From NCBI GenBank assembly GCA_963766645.1, contig CAVYAY010000003.1:416554-480553 (forward strand): DNA of 64,000 nucleotides. Direction: 5' to 3'. The stretch is from an uncultured Chloroflexia bacterium (GTDB taxonomy: Bacteria > Chloroflexota > Dehalococcoidia > DSTF01 > WHTK01). The position numbers were made by a program, and so were the translations under genes. The notes below the pieces were generated by a model. The model ran no database searches and had not been told where the DNA came from. It saw only the letters and a program-made list of their open reading frames with translations. Positions 8,663-17,946 of the stretch are shown here, one piece after another (position 1 is the stretch's first letter; every line of letters starts with the position of its first letter).

Positions 8663-10342
8663 TCACTCCATATTGGCGCCAAGGTGGACCGGTCGCGCTG
8701 TCTGCTGATACACGCCCAGGAACCCCCGCACGCCCGTCGCGCCGAACTCGCGCGGCTGCTCCCGCCGCTTCGCCAGCTCCTCCTCCGGCACCTCCAGGTC
8801 CACCGCCTTCGTTTCCACGTCGATCGAGATCATGTCGCCGTTGTCGATGAACGCCAGCGGGCCGCCCTCCGCTGCCTCGGGCGACGCCTCGCCGACCACC
8901 AGCCCGCGGTTGACCAGCCCCGACACCTGGCCCTCCGTGATCAGCGCCACGCGGTCGATCAAGTCCGCGCTGTCGAGGGCAAAGACGACCGCCGACGTGA
9001 ACGCCATCCCGGGCCCGCCGCGCACGCCGATGCCGCGCAGGACGACGACCTGTCCCGGCTTGACCTCGCCGTCGTTGATCGCAGCGACCGCTTCCTCGCG
9101 GGAGTGGTAGATGTTGGCCGGCCCGCGGAAGCGCCGCATGCGTTCGCCGGTGCCGCCCAGCCGCACGATGCCGCCGCCCGGCAAAAGCGAGCCGCGCACG
9201 ATGATGATCGTCGGCTGGTCCGACAGTGGGTCGTCCATCGGCCGCACCGGGTTGTCCGCCGCGAGGTGAACGCTGTCCAGCAGCTCGCCAATCGTCTGCC
9301 CCGAGACGCTACGAGCGATCCCCTCGATCAACGGCTCCAGCCGCTTCATCACGGTCCGCGCGCCGCCCGCCTCGTCGAGGTCTTCGATCAGGCTCTCGCC
9401 CGAGGGCCGGATCGCCATCAACAGCGGCACCCTGTCCGACAGCTCGGAGAACACGCCGTAGACGTCCGTATCCAGCTCCGCCTCCGCTGCGATCGCAGCC
9501 AGGTGCTTGATGCAGTTGATCGAGCCGCTCAGCGCCAGCGTTACGGCCGCCGCGTTGCGGATCGACTCCTCCGTGATGATGTCTCGCGGCTTCAGGTCCT
9601 CCCACACCATCTCGACGATGCGCTGGCCCGCACGACGCACCGCGTCGAACATCGCCGGGCTGTTCGCCGCCACGGGCGTGCTGCCTGGCAGCGCCATTCC
9701 CAGGGCCTCGGTCACCACGTGCATCGAGTTCGCCGTGCCCATGCCGGCGCAGACGCCCGGGCTGCAGATCGCGACGTCGGTCATCGCCGTGAGCTCCTCG
9801 ACGGTAATCCGCCCGGCCGCCACGTACGCCGCCTTGAGGAACACTTCTTCGACATCGATGTGCTGGCCGTTGTACATGCCGTGCTGCTGGTAGCCACACG
9901 CCACAACGATTGTCGGGATGTTGAGTCGCGCCGCCGCCATCATCTGGCCCGGCGCCGTCTTATCGCAGGACGCCAGGCAGATCATCCCGTCCAGCAGCGC
10001 CCCCTCGACCTGCACCTCGATATCCGCGGCGATCAGGTCACGGCTCGGCAGGATATACAGCCCGCGCTGCCCCACGCTGGTCACGAAGTCGCTCGGCGCT
10101 GCTGTCCGAACCTCGAACGGCAGCCCGCCCGCCGCCCGGATCGCCTCCTTCGCCGCCGCCGCCACGCCATCCAGGTGGCTGAAGCAGATCGCCAGTTCCG
10201 AAGACGAGTTCACGACCGCGATCTTTGGCTTCTGCATGTCCTCTTCCGACAGCCCCAACGCCCGCCACAGAGCGCGCCGTCCCGCCCATAAAGACGTCCC
10301 CGGCTCCAGGTTGCTGCGCAGCTTCCGACGCTCAGTAGTCAT
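8663..10342 (-). CDS. IlvD/Edd family dehydratase (dihydroxy-acid or sugar-acid dehydratase)
   Basis: 559-aa ORF with family features throughout (...KPKIAVVNSSSE..., CDKTAPG, ...GGPGM...). Confidence 0.9.
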   Translation of the reverse strand: MTTERRKLRSNLEPGTSLWAGRRALWRALGLSEEDMQKPKIAVVNSSSELAICFSHLDGVAAAAKEAIRAAGGLPFEVRTAAPSDFVTSVGQRGLYILPSRDLIAADIEVQVEGALLDGMICLASCDKTAPGQMMAAARLNIPTIVVACGYQQHGMYNGQHIDVEEVFLKAAYVAAGRITVEELTAMTDVAICSPGVCAGMGTANSMHVVTEALGMALPGSTPVAANSPAMFDAVRRAGQRIVEMVWEDLKPRDIITEESIRNAAAVTLALSGSINCIKHLAAIAAEAELDTDVYGVFSELSDRVPLLMAIRPSGESLIEDLDEAGGARTVMKRLEPLIEGIARSVSGQTIGELLDSVHLAADNPVRPMDDPLSDQPTIIIVRGSLLPGGGIVRLGGTGERMRRFRGPANIYHSREEAVAAINDGEVKPGQVVVLRGIGVRGGPGMAFTSAVVFALDSADLIDRVALITEGQVSGLVNRGLVVGEASPEAAEGGPLAFIDNGDMISIDVETKAVDLEVPEEELAKRREQPREFGATGVRGFLGVYQQTARPVHLGANME

Positions 10343-10388
10343 AGTCCCCTCCCGTCAATTCGCCGCGATCATATCTGAAAGCCAGGAT

Positions 10389-10468
10389 GTCATTCTGAGC
10401 CGCGGCTCGAAACCAGGGTCAGGAGGAGTGCGGACGCGGAGCCTTTGGGGCCCGAAGCCTCATCGACA
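10389..10468 (+). repeat. Composite degenerate intergenic repeat (gtcattctgagc-type module plus R1 3'-like module)
   Basis: gtcattctgagccgcggctcgaaaccagggtcaggaggagtgcggacgcggagcctttggggcccgaagcctcatcgac. The 3' part resembles the R1 tail gacgcgaagcc-tcgacgc. Confidence 0.4.
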
Positions 10469-10547
10469 CGCCTGTCTATGCAGGCAACCGCCAACCCCGT
10501 ATCCTTGCTCGAACGCCAACCTCGCCATATTGCTAAGCCCTTAACAA

Positions 10548-12317
10548 ATGACTGCACCTATCGACCTTGACCCCGCAGCCAAACGCGTAATCGTCGCCGG
10601 CGCCATGCTCGGCCTCCTCCTCGCCGCCTCGAACCAGACGATCATCAGCACCGCCCTCCCTACGATCGTCGGCGACCTCGGCGGCCTCAACCTGCTCAGC
10701 TGGATCTTCACCGGCTACATGCTCACCAGCACGACGATCGTCCCGATCACCGGCAAGCTCTCCGATATCTACGGCCGCAAGCCCTTCTTCATGGGCGGCA
10801 TCGTCATCTTCATGCTCGCCTCCATCGCCGGCGGTTTCGCCCAGAGCATGGAGCAATTGATCGTCGTTCGAGCCGTCCAGGGCATCGGCGGCGGCATGCT
10901 CATGTCATGCGTCTTCGCCATCATCGGCGACCTCTTCCCACCGGAGCAGCGCGGCCGTTATCAGGGCATCTTCATCAGCGGCTTCGGCGTCGCAAGCATC
11001 TTTGGCCCGACGCTGGGCGGCACGATCACGGACTACGTGAGCTGGCGCGGCATCTTCTACATCAACCTGCCCTTCGGTCTCGCCGCGCTCGCCATCATCG
11101 GCTCCCGGTTTCCCAACCTGCAGCGGCCCAACGTCAAGGTCAGCATCGACTACCCCGGCGTTGCGGTCCTCAGCTCAACGCTGGTCTGCTTTCTCCTCGC
11201 CCTCTCGTGGGGCGGCGACCTCTACGAGTGGGGCTCGGTCGAGATTGTCGGGCTGTTCGCCGCCGCAGGCGCCTTGTTCATCCTCTTCCTCATCGTCGAG
11301 CTCACGGCGAAGGAACCGATCATTCCGCTGCACCTGTTCAAGAACCGCATCTTCGCCGTTAGCAGCGCGCTGACATTCGTCTCCGGCATTAGCCTCCTGG
11401 GCATCCTGACCTTCATGCCGCTGTTCCTGCAGGGTGTCCTCGGCGCTTCCGCTACCAGCTCCGGACTCGTCCTCAGCCCGATGATGATCGCGGTCGTGTT
11501 CTCGAGCAACGGCGTCGGTTACCTGGTGCAACGCACCGGGCGATACCGCACCTACGTCGTCGCCGGCACCATCGTGCTTCTCGCCGGCATGTTCCTCCTC
11601 TCACGATTCGGCGCGTCCACCACCTGGCCCGAGGCGATCCTCGGCATGGCACTCGTCGGCTTCGGAATCGGGCTCGTGGTACCGGTCGTCAACCTCGCGG
11701 TGCAGAACGCCTTCTCGCGCCGGTACCTCGGCGTCGCTACTGCCTCCAGCCAGTTCTTCCGTCAGATCGGCGGCACCATCGGCGTCGCCGTCTTCGGCAC
11801 CCTCGTCGTCACCAGCCTCGCGTCTAACATCGACCGTAATCTGCCTGTCGAGGTCACAGAAACCGCGCCCCCGGCGCTCGTCGAGCGCATCCATGACTCC
11901 GAGGTACTGCTGCGCGAGCAAGGCCGCAAAAGCCTTGAACCCGCCTTCCTCGATATCGGCAGCGAAGGCGCGCGCCTCTTCGAAGCCACCTCCGCCGCGA
12001 TCAAGAAATCACTGGCCGACGCCGTCGCCGACATTTTCTTCGTCGCCTTCCTCGTGGCCATCATCGCGATGGCGCTCTCCGTCTTCATGCCCGAGCGCGT
12101 CCACGATCAGGAAATCCCTGACCGGGAGTCCCTGTTGCCGCCCACGCCGCGCATGGCGCCCGCCCTGGCTCCCAGCGCCGCGCCGCCGAACGCGTCCGCC
12201 TTCGTCGCCACACCTACTCGAGCCCCACGCTTGACCTGGTTCGCCCTTGCCGGCGGTGGCTTGGCACTCCTCGTCCTCGCCCGCCGCGCCCTCAACAACA
12301 ACCACCGCCTCGACTAG
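10548..12317 (+). CDS. MFS transporter, DHA2 (EmrB/QacA-like, 14-TMS) family
   Basis: 589-aa ORF. N-terminus ...LDQTIISTALPTI-like (ASNQTIISTALPTIVGDLGG) and ...GKLSDIYGRK..., with many predicted TM segments. Confidence 0.9.
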   Translation: MTAPIDLDPAAKRVIVAGAMLGLLLAASNQTIISTALPTIVGDLGGLNLLSWIFTGYMLTSTTIVPITGKLSDIYGRKPFFMGGIVIFMLASIAGGFAQSMEQLIVVRAVQGIGGGMLMSCVFAIIGDLFPPEQRGRYQGIFISGFGVASIFGPTLGGTITDYVSWRGIFYINLPFGLAALAIIGSRFPNLQRPNVKVSIDYPGVAVLSSTLVCFLLALSWGGDLYEWGSVEIVGLFAAAGALFILFLIVELTAKEPIIPLHLFKNRIFAVSSALTFVSGISLLGILTFMPLFLQGVLGASATSSGLVLSPMMIAVVFSSNGVGYLVQRTGRYRTYVVAGTIVLLAGMFLLSRFGASTTWPEAILGMALVGFGIGLVVPVVNLAVQNAFSRRYLGVATASSQFFRQIGGTIGVAVFGTLVVTSLASNIDRNLPVEVTETAPPALVERIHDSEVLLREQGRKSLEPAFLDIGSEGARLFEATSAAIKKSLADAVADIFFVAFLVAIIAMALSVFMPERVHDQEIPDRESLLPPTPRMAPALAPSAAPPNASAFVATPTRAPRLTWFALAGGGLALLVLARRALNNNHRLD

Positions 12318-12365
12318 CACACAAAGACGGAGGCCCTCAACCACCGCCCCGGCTATACTCCCCGC

Positions 12366-13139
12366 ATGTCCTACGTGACCCTTAACGACACCGATTTCTA
12401 CTACACCGACCACGGCGGCGCCGGTATACCCCTCGTCCTTCTCCACGCCGCTGCCGGCCATTCCGACTGCTGGACCGAGCAAATACCCACCTTCACCGCC
12501 GCCGGCTATCGCCTCGTCACTTACGACCTACGAGGCTTCGGCCGCACACCTGCCGAAGGCCACGCGACCGAAAGCTCAATCTCCGAGGACCTCTTCGGCC
12601 TCGCCAAGGCGCTGCAGCTACCGCCATTCTTCCTCGCCGGCACCGCCTACGGTGGCTTCGGCGCCCTCGAATTCGCCGTCGACCACCCCGAGATGCTGCG
12701 CGGCCTCGTCCTCTCGACCAGCTTCGGTGGCCTCACCGACCCCGAATATACCGCCCTGCGCGCGTCTCACATCCCGCCCGACCTCGCGTCCTGGCCCACG
12801 GTCGAAAAGGAGCTCGGCAAGACCTACCGCGCCGCCAACCCCAACGGAGTCGCCCGGTTCCTCGAAATGGAGTCGTCAGGCTACAAGCCCGACGGCGCCC
12901 GCCAATCGCTTCGCCAGCCCCTCACCCTCGACCGCATATCGAAGATCTCCATCCCAACTCTCGTCATCGCAGGCGACGAGGACGTCTACGCGCCGCCACC
13001 TGTCATGCAAGCGCTCGCCGCGGCCATCCCAGGTGCCCGATTCGAAGTCATCGCCGGCGCGGGCCACAGCGCCTACTGGGAACAACCCGCCGCCTGGAAC
13101 GCCCTCATCCTCGACTTCTGCGCCTCCGCCCAGTCCTGA
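12366..13139 (+). CDS. Alpha/beta hydrolase fold protein
   Basis: 257-aa ORF. Shows an HG-type oxyanion region (LVLLHAAAGH) and C-terminal GAGHSAYWEQP. Confidence 0.8.
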   Translation: MSYVTLNDTDFYYTDHGGAGIPLVLLHAAAGHSDCWTEQIPTFTAAGYRLVTYDLRGFGRTPAEGHATESSISEDLFGLAKALQLPPFFLAGTAYGGFGALEFAVDHPEMLRGLVLSTSFGGLTDPEYTALRASHIPPDLASWPTVEKELGKTYRAANPNGVARFLEMESSGYKPDGARQSLRQPLTLDRISKISIPTLVIAGDEDVYAPPPVMQALAAAIPGARFEVIAGAGHSAYWEQPAAWNALILDFCASAQS

Positions 13140-13180
13140 ACTCAGGCATCAGGCCTCGACGGGTCATAGATGGAAATGAC

Positions 13181-13238
13181 GGCGAAGCGCGCAAGCCCAG
13201 TTGACAGGGCGAATGCAAGACGCAAAGCCTTCACCGCC
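13181..13238 (+). repeat. R1 element, 3'-half copy
   Basis: ggcgaagcgcgcaagcccagttgacagggcgaatgcaagacgcaaagccttcaccgcc aligns with the 3' half of R1 at 61440-61497. Confidence 0.55.
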
Positions 13239-13350
13239 CTGAGTCGGAGACAGCGCACCACCTGCAGGCGCTCTAACCAATTCCTTCGCCACTCTTAAGC
13301 AAATCCTTGCTGGCGCAGCCGAGACCAGCGGTGTTAACTTTCACGGCAAC

Positions 13351-14613
13351 GTGAACGCTGCAACTCAGAAATTCCTCGGCCGCTATGGCGCCGCGCTCGA
13401 GTACCGCGAGTTCCGCACCATGTGGATCGCCAACGCCTTCGCCCAGGCTGCCGCCTGGGGCCTCATCGTCGCCCGTGGCCAGCTCGTCTTCAATGAAACG
13501 CACTCTTCGTTCTGGGTCGGCGCCACAACCTTCGCGGCTATGGCTCCGCTGTTCATCGTCCCGCCGATTGTCGGCGTCATGGCCGACCGAATGGACCGTC
13601 GCAGCATCCTCGCCGCCAGCTACGGCCTCAACGCTCTGCAGAACCTGGCGCTCTTTGCAGGCGCCCTGTTTGGCGTCCTTGAGGTTTGGATGATCGTCGC
13701 GCTCGCCGTCGTTAATGGCGTCGCGCGGGCCACACAGCAACCCACGTCGCAGGCTCTGGTTGCGACCCTGGTGCCGCGCGAAAAGCTGCTAAACGGCCTG
13801 TCGCTCAACGCTTCCACCCAGCACGGGTCCCGCCTCATCGGCCCAGGCATCGTCACGCCGATCCTCGCTCTCTTCGGCGCCGCACCCGCCTTCCTCCTGT
13901 GCGCAGCGTTCTACTTCATCGGCCTGGTCCAGATCATGCGCATGACGCCAAAGCTACCGGACGCCTCGCTGAAGCACGAGAACATCTTCGACAGCTTCAA
14001 AGGCGGCGTTGCCTACGTCTACAGCATGCCCGTCATCCGGTTCATGATCATGCTGGCGATCTTCCACTGCGGCCTGACCATGGCATTCGAATCCTTGCTG
14101 CCGGGCTTCTCCCACAACCGCCTCGGCGCCGGCGAGGGTGGCTTCGGCACGCTGCTGGCGGGTGTTGGCGCCGGCGCACTTGTTGCTAGCCTGTTCATTT
14201 CCGGGATCCAGACCTCCAAGGCGCGTGGCAACGCCCTGATTCTCACGGGACTGATCAGCGGAGTCGGCCAGACGGTCCTCTCGCTCACCTCCGTCCTCTG
14301 GCTCGCTACCGTAGCGGCCGCGGTGATGGGCGGCGCCGAGGCGGCCTTCATGACCATGACCCAGGCCGTTACCCAGGCCACAGCCGCCGACCAGTTCCGC
14401 GGCCGCGTCGCCAGCCTCAACACCGTCGCCCTCGGTGGCATGATGGCTACCATGAACCTGTTCAACGGCACGCTGGCCGACCAGTTCAGCGCCTCCACGA
14501 TGCTGTTCTGGGAAGGCCTCCTCTTCGTTGGAGTCGTGCTGATCAGCCTCTTCGCCGTCACCGGAAAGCGGGTCTACGGCCACGGCGGTACACTGGAGGC
14601 GCAGCCCGCCTGA
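13351..14613 (+). CDS. MFS transporter (MFS_3 / enterobactin-exporter-like)
   Basis: 420-aa ORF with 12 predicted TM segments. N-terminal YREFRTMWIANAFAQAAAWG and GVMADRMDRR are typical of this subfamily. Confidence 0.85.
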   Translation: MNAATQKFLGRYGAALEYREFRTMWIANAFAQAAAWGLIVARGQLVFNETHSSFWVGATTFAAMAPLFIVPPIVGVMADRMDRRSILAASYGLNALQNLALFAGALFGVLEVWMIVALAVVNGVARATQQPTSQALVATLVPREKLLNGLSLNASTQHGSRLIGPGIVTPILALFGAAPAFLLCAAFYFIGLVQIMRMTPKLPDASLKHENIFDSFKGGVAYVYSMPVIRFMIMLAIFHCGLTMAFESLLPGFSHNRLGAGEGGFGTLLAGVGAGALVASLFISGIQTSKARGNALILTGLISGVGQTVLSLTSVLWLATVAAAVMGGAEAAFMTMTQAVTQATAADQFRGRVASLNTVALGGMMATMNLFNGTLADQFSASTMLFWEGLLFVGVVLISLFAVTGKRVYGHGGTLEAQPA

Positions 14614-14626
14614 CTCGGAGCACCTC

Positions 14627-14881
14627 ATGTACGACTACCAGAGCCAGCCCACCGAGCCGTTCCGCGTCACACCTGGTTTTGTCGCATTCATCAGCCTTTG
14701 TTTCCTACCGGTCGTCCTCGCGCTCGCTATCTATCTGGGCGCTTGGGCCGTCTCCTCCGAGGTATACGCCGCCGAAGCTGCCGTCGAAGAACAACGCTCG
14801 GGCTTCAACACCGTCGACGCCGCCAACCCCGATGTCGCCGGCTGGAAACGCACCCTCGTAAGCGTCTGCCCCCTCCACTAA
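14627..14881 (+). CDS. Hypothetical small membrane protein
   Basis: 84-aa ORF with a GGAG 7 nt upstream of the ATG and one clear TM helix (FVAFISLCFLPVVLALAIYLGAW). Confidence 0.45.
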   Translation: MYDYQSQPTEPFRVTPGFVAFISLCFLPVVLALAIYLGAWAVSSEVYAAEAAVEEQRSGFNTVDAANPDVAGWKRTLVSVCPLH

Positions 14882-14927
14882 CGCATCGTATCGAGAGCCC
14901 CTTGGGGGCAGCAAACCCCTCCGCCCA

Positions 14928-14984
14928 TTGACACCGTTCCCACAAGAATTAACATGCATTCGCTATATATTGTCCTCACAATAT
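14928..14984 (+). promoter_or_regulatory. Putative sigma-70-type promoter (TTGACA-16 nt-TAACAT) followed by an AT-rich perfect palindrome (candidate operator)
   Basis: TTGACA at 14928-14933 and TAACAT at 14950-14955. ATATTGT-CCTC-ACAATAT at 14967-14984 stands out in GC-rich DNA. It lies about 40 nt upstream of the TTG start at 15025, which has a GGAGGG RBS. Confidence 0.45.
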
Positions 14985-15024
14985 TTCAGCGAGCTTTCAG
15001 CAGCCTAGCCCGGAGGGCCCTCCT

Positions 15025-16185
15025 TTGAAGCGCAGCACAGACCGTATCCTCACCACCCACATCGGCTCTCTCCCCCGGCCCCACGACCTCATGGACGCCA
15101 GCGCTAACAAGGAGAAGGACCCCGGCACCCACGACGCGACCCTCAAGCGCGCCGTCAACGAAGTCGTCCGCAAGCAGGCCGAAATCGGCCTCGACGTCGT
15201 CGACGACGGCGAGTTCGGCAAGCCCGGCTTCATCCACTACATCAACGAGCGCCTCGGCGGCTTCGAGCCCGGCCCGCCGGAAGGCAGCCCCTTCGGTGAA
15301 TCCAAGGAGTACCGCGACTTCCCGAAGGTCTACGCCGCACTCTCGGCCGGCGCCGCGCCCAACACGGTCGGCCCCGCGATCCACATGAAATGCACCGGCC
15401 CCATCACCTACACAGGTCACGCCCAACTCCAGCGCGACATTGACAACCTCAAAGCCGCGGCCCAGGGTAGGGACTTTGCCGACCTCTTCCTACCCGCCAT
15501 CTCTCCCACCAGCGTTGAGAAATGGCAGAGCGTCAACGAGTACTACAAGACTCAGGAGGAGTACCTCTTCGCCATCGCCGAAGCCCTGGGCGAGGAGTAC
15601 AAGCTGATTACCGACGCCGGTATCGTCGTCCAAATCGACGACCCCCACCTCTCGATGTACTACGTCATGGACCCCAGCATGACCGTCGAGTCGACGAAGA
15701 AGTGGGCCGCCGTCCGCGTCGAGGCCGTCAACCACGCGCTCAAGAAGAACGACGTCCCGCGCGACATGGTCCGCTGGCACACCTGTTACGGCATCGACGT
15801 CGGCCCCCGCATCCACGACCTCGAGCTCAAGCACATCATCGACATGATCCTCAGCATCGAAGCCGGCGCCTACTCCTTCGAGGGCGCCAATCCCCGGCAC
15901 GAGCACGAATACATCCTCTGGGAGGACCACAAGCTCCCCGACGGCGCCGTTCTCATCCCGGGCGTCATCACTCACTCCAGTCCCCTGATCGAGCACGAAG
16001 AGCTCGTCGCCCAGCGCCTCCTGCGTTACGCCAACCTCGTCGGCAAAGAAAACCTCATCGCCGGTGCCGACTGCGGATTCGGCACCTTCGCCTCTATGAA
16101 CGACGTCTCAGAGGGCGTCTGCTGGCCCAAGATGGAAGCTCTCGTCAAAGGCACCCGGATCGCCAGCAAGAAGCTCTGGGGGTAG
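15025..16185 (+). CDS. Stand-alone cobalamin-independent methionine synthase (MetE) C-terminal-domain-like protein (COG0620 / UROD-MetE superfamily)
   Basis: 386-aa ORF. Shows MKRSTDRILTTHIGSLPRP, HTCYG and DCGFG Zn-ligand-like motifs. Paralog at 23473..24645. Confidence 0.8.
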   Translation: MKRSTDRILTTHIGSLPRPHDLMDASANKEKDPGTHDATLKRAVNEVVRKQAEIGLDVVDDGEFGKPGFIHYINERLGGFEPGPPEGSPFGESKEYRDFPKVYAALSAGAAPNTVGPAIHMKCTGPITYTGHAQLQRDIDNLKAAAQGRDFADLFLPAISPTSVEKWQSVNEYYKTQEEYLFAIAEALGEEYKLITDAGIVVQIDDPHLSMYYVMDPSMTVESTKKWAAVRVEAVNHALKKNDVPRDMVRWHTCYGIDVGPRIHDLELKHIIDMILSIEAGAYSFEGANPRHEHEYILWEDHKLPDGAVLIPGVITHSSPLIEHEELVAQRLLRYANLVGKENLIAGADCGFGTFASMNDVSEGVCWPKMEALVKGTRIASKKLWG

Positions 16186-16197
16186 ATAATCGACCGG

Positions 16198-16661
16198 ATG
16201 AGCGCGATGAAGGACCTGTCCGCCCGAGGAGGTGGTTGCCTTTGAGAGCCTGTCCGAGGGAGCGATTTTCGTCTGAGGTGACCCTCTCCACCTCGGCTGT
16301 CGTGGAGTTTGCCAACGCCGCGGGTGACAACAACCCGGTTCATCACGACCCAGGTTTTGCCGCGACCACGCGTTTTGGCAAGCCGATAGCAAGCGGCCCG
16401 CACACCACCGCCCTGCTGCTGGCGTTGACGGCGTCCCACTTCACCAAGAAGGGTGCCATGCTCGGCCTGGAGTTCTGGGTTCGATTTCGGAGGCCGGTCT
16501 TCGCGGATGAAACGATTCGACTCGAGTGGATGGTCATCAAAGTAACCCCTAACGACAAACTCAAGGGTGAGATCGTGGAGTTACGTGGCCGTATCCAGGG
16601 CGAGGATGGCAAGACTTCTCTTGGCGCCAAAGGCAGAGTCCTGGTTACGGACAGACTCTAG
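16198..16661 (+). CDS. MaoC-like (R)-specific enoyl-CoA hydratase / dehydratase; 5' end disturbed by one or two frameshifts
   Basis: Body reads ...VVEFANAAGDNNPVHHDPGFA... (hot-dog fold motif). The expected N-terminus VVAFESLSEGAIF sits in another frame and ends at TGA 16272. Removing one T from the tttt run at about 16266 joins it to ...SSEVTLSTS. The true start is uncertain. Confidence 0.65.
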
Positions 16662-16689
16662 TCCATCGAGCAAAAGGCAGGATGACCTC

Positions 16690-17892
16690 ATGACCACAAA
16701 CACCCCGGCCCGCCTCAACGCCGAGACCTGGCTCGACCGCGCACGGTCGATGGCGCCCCTCGTCGCCGAGCACCGCGACGAGGCCGAGATGGACCGCCAC
16801 CTGCCTCGTGTCCTCTCCGACGCGATGCGTGACCGCGGCCTTTTCTGTCTCTGGCTGCCACAGTCGCTCCGCGGCCCCCAATTGCCAATCGAAATCGTCG
16901 TCCAGGTCATGGAGGAGCTTTCGCGGCAGGACGGGGCAGTCGGCTGGAACTCGATGATCAGTACCAACCACAGCATCCTCTGGGCCCACCTGCGCCACGA
17001 CGTCGCCGCGTCGATGACCGAGGGCGGCACGAACATCATCGCCGGAACCATCGGCGGCGGCGGCGACCGCAACGCGCCCGGCGGCGGCGTCGCGACGAAA
17101 GTCGATGGCGGCTACCGCATCACCGGCAAATGGGGCTACGCCTCCGGCTGCCACCACGCCGACTGGATGGTGGCCAACGGTCGCATCTCCGAAAACGGCG
17201 AGCTGCGCAAGACGCCGAACGGTAACGTCGGCCTCTACTCCTTCCTGCTCCAGCCCTCCGAGGTCACGCTGCTCGACACCTGGTACACCACCGGCATGCG
17301 CGGCACCGGCAGCCACCACTTCGAGGCCACGGACATCTTCGTCCCCGAGGAGCGCATGTTCCCGACCAACACGCCGGAGACCTACGAAGACAGTCCGATC
17401 TACAGCACGGCCCGCACTACGCCCTGGTCGTCCGCCATCGCCGGGGTCGCCATCGGCATCGCCCGTGACGCCATCGACAGCTTCATCGACCTCGCCGGCG
17501 TCAAACCTGCCAGCATGGGACGCTCCAGCCTGCTCGAGCGCGACAGCGTCCATCGCGCCGTCGGCGAGTGCGAAGGCAAGTTGCGCGCCGCCCGCGCCTT
17601 CCTGCTCGAGACAGCTCGCTACGTCGACGGCTTCATCGAGCGCGGCGAAGCCATCCCGGACGACGCCGCCGCCCAGATGCGCGCCGCTACCGGCACCGCC
17701 TCCCTGCTTTCCGCCGAGGTCGTCGACAGCCTGTTCACGCTCGGCGGCGGCAGCTCGATCTACACCACCAACCGCCTCGACCGCTGCTTCCGCGACGTCC
17801 ACACCACGATCTCGCACGCCGTAGGCGGCATCAACGGCCTCCCCGTCGCTGGCCGCTACTACCTCGGCCTGGGCATCAACTCCCCGCTGTAG
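16690..17892 (+). CDS. Acyl-CoA dehydrogenase-fold flavoprotein (ACAD type-2 / flavin-dependent monooxygenase-like)
   Basis: Start at ATG 16690 (MTTNTPARL...). Shows ...GWNSMIS..., ...YASGCHHADW... and TGMRGTGSHHF, typical of the ACAD-like family. Confidence 0.8.
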   Translation: MTTNTPARLNAETWLDRARSMAPLVAEHRDEAEMDRHLPRVLSDAMRDRGLFCLWLPQSLRGPQLPIEIVVQVMEELSRQDGAVGWNSMISTNHSILWAHLRHDVAASMTEGGTNIIAGTIGGGGDRNAPGGGVATKVDGGYRITGKWGYASGCHHADWMVANGRISENGELRKTPNGNVGLYSFLLQPSEVTLLDTWYTTGMRGTGSHHFEATDIFVPEERMFPTNTPETYEDSPIYSTARTTPWSSAIAGVAIGIARDAIDSFIDLAGVKPASMGRSSLLERDSVHRAVGECEGKLRAARAFLLETARYVDGFIERGEAIPDDAAAQMRAATGTASLLSAEVVDSLFTLGGGSSIYTTNRLDRCFRDVHTTISHAVGGINGLPVAGRYYLGLGINSPL

Positions 17893-17936
17893 GGAGCATG
17901 TTGCCGCTTCTTATGTACAACAATCAGATGATCGTG
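17851..17936 (+). repeat. Direct repeat copy 1 (3' end of the ACAD-like gene plus downstream sequence)
   Basis: cgctactacctcggcctgggcatcaactccccgctgtag... recurs at 19117-19209, with 39 of the first 42 nt identical by my alignment. Confidence 0.7.
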
Positions 17937-17946
17937 TCCCGCCTAC

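Noticed and set aside
8642-10291. 549-aa plus-strand ORF covering the IlvD/Edd locus
   Set aside because: It is antisense to a clearly recognisable dehydratase. The translation is Arg/His/Pro/Ala-rich with no motifs, which is a typical shadow ORF in high-G+C DNA.
15522-16661. 379-aa ORF suggesting a large protein overlapping the MetE-like gene
   Set aside because: Only the last ~140 residues (MaoC hot-dog domain) look native. The upstream part is an out-of-frame read-through of the MetE-like gene.
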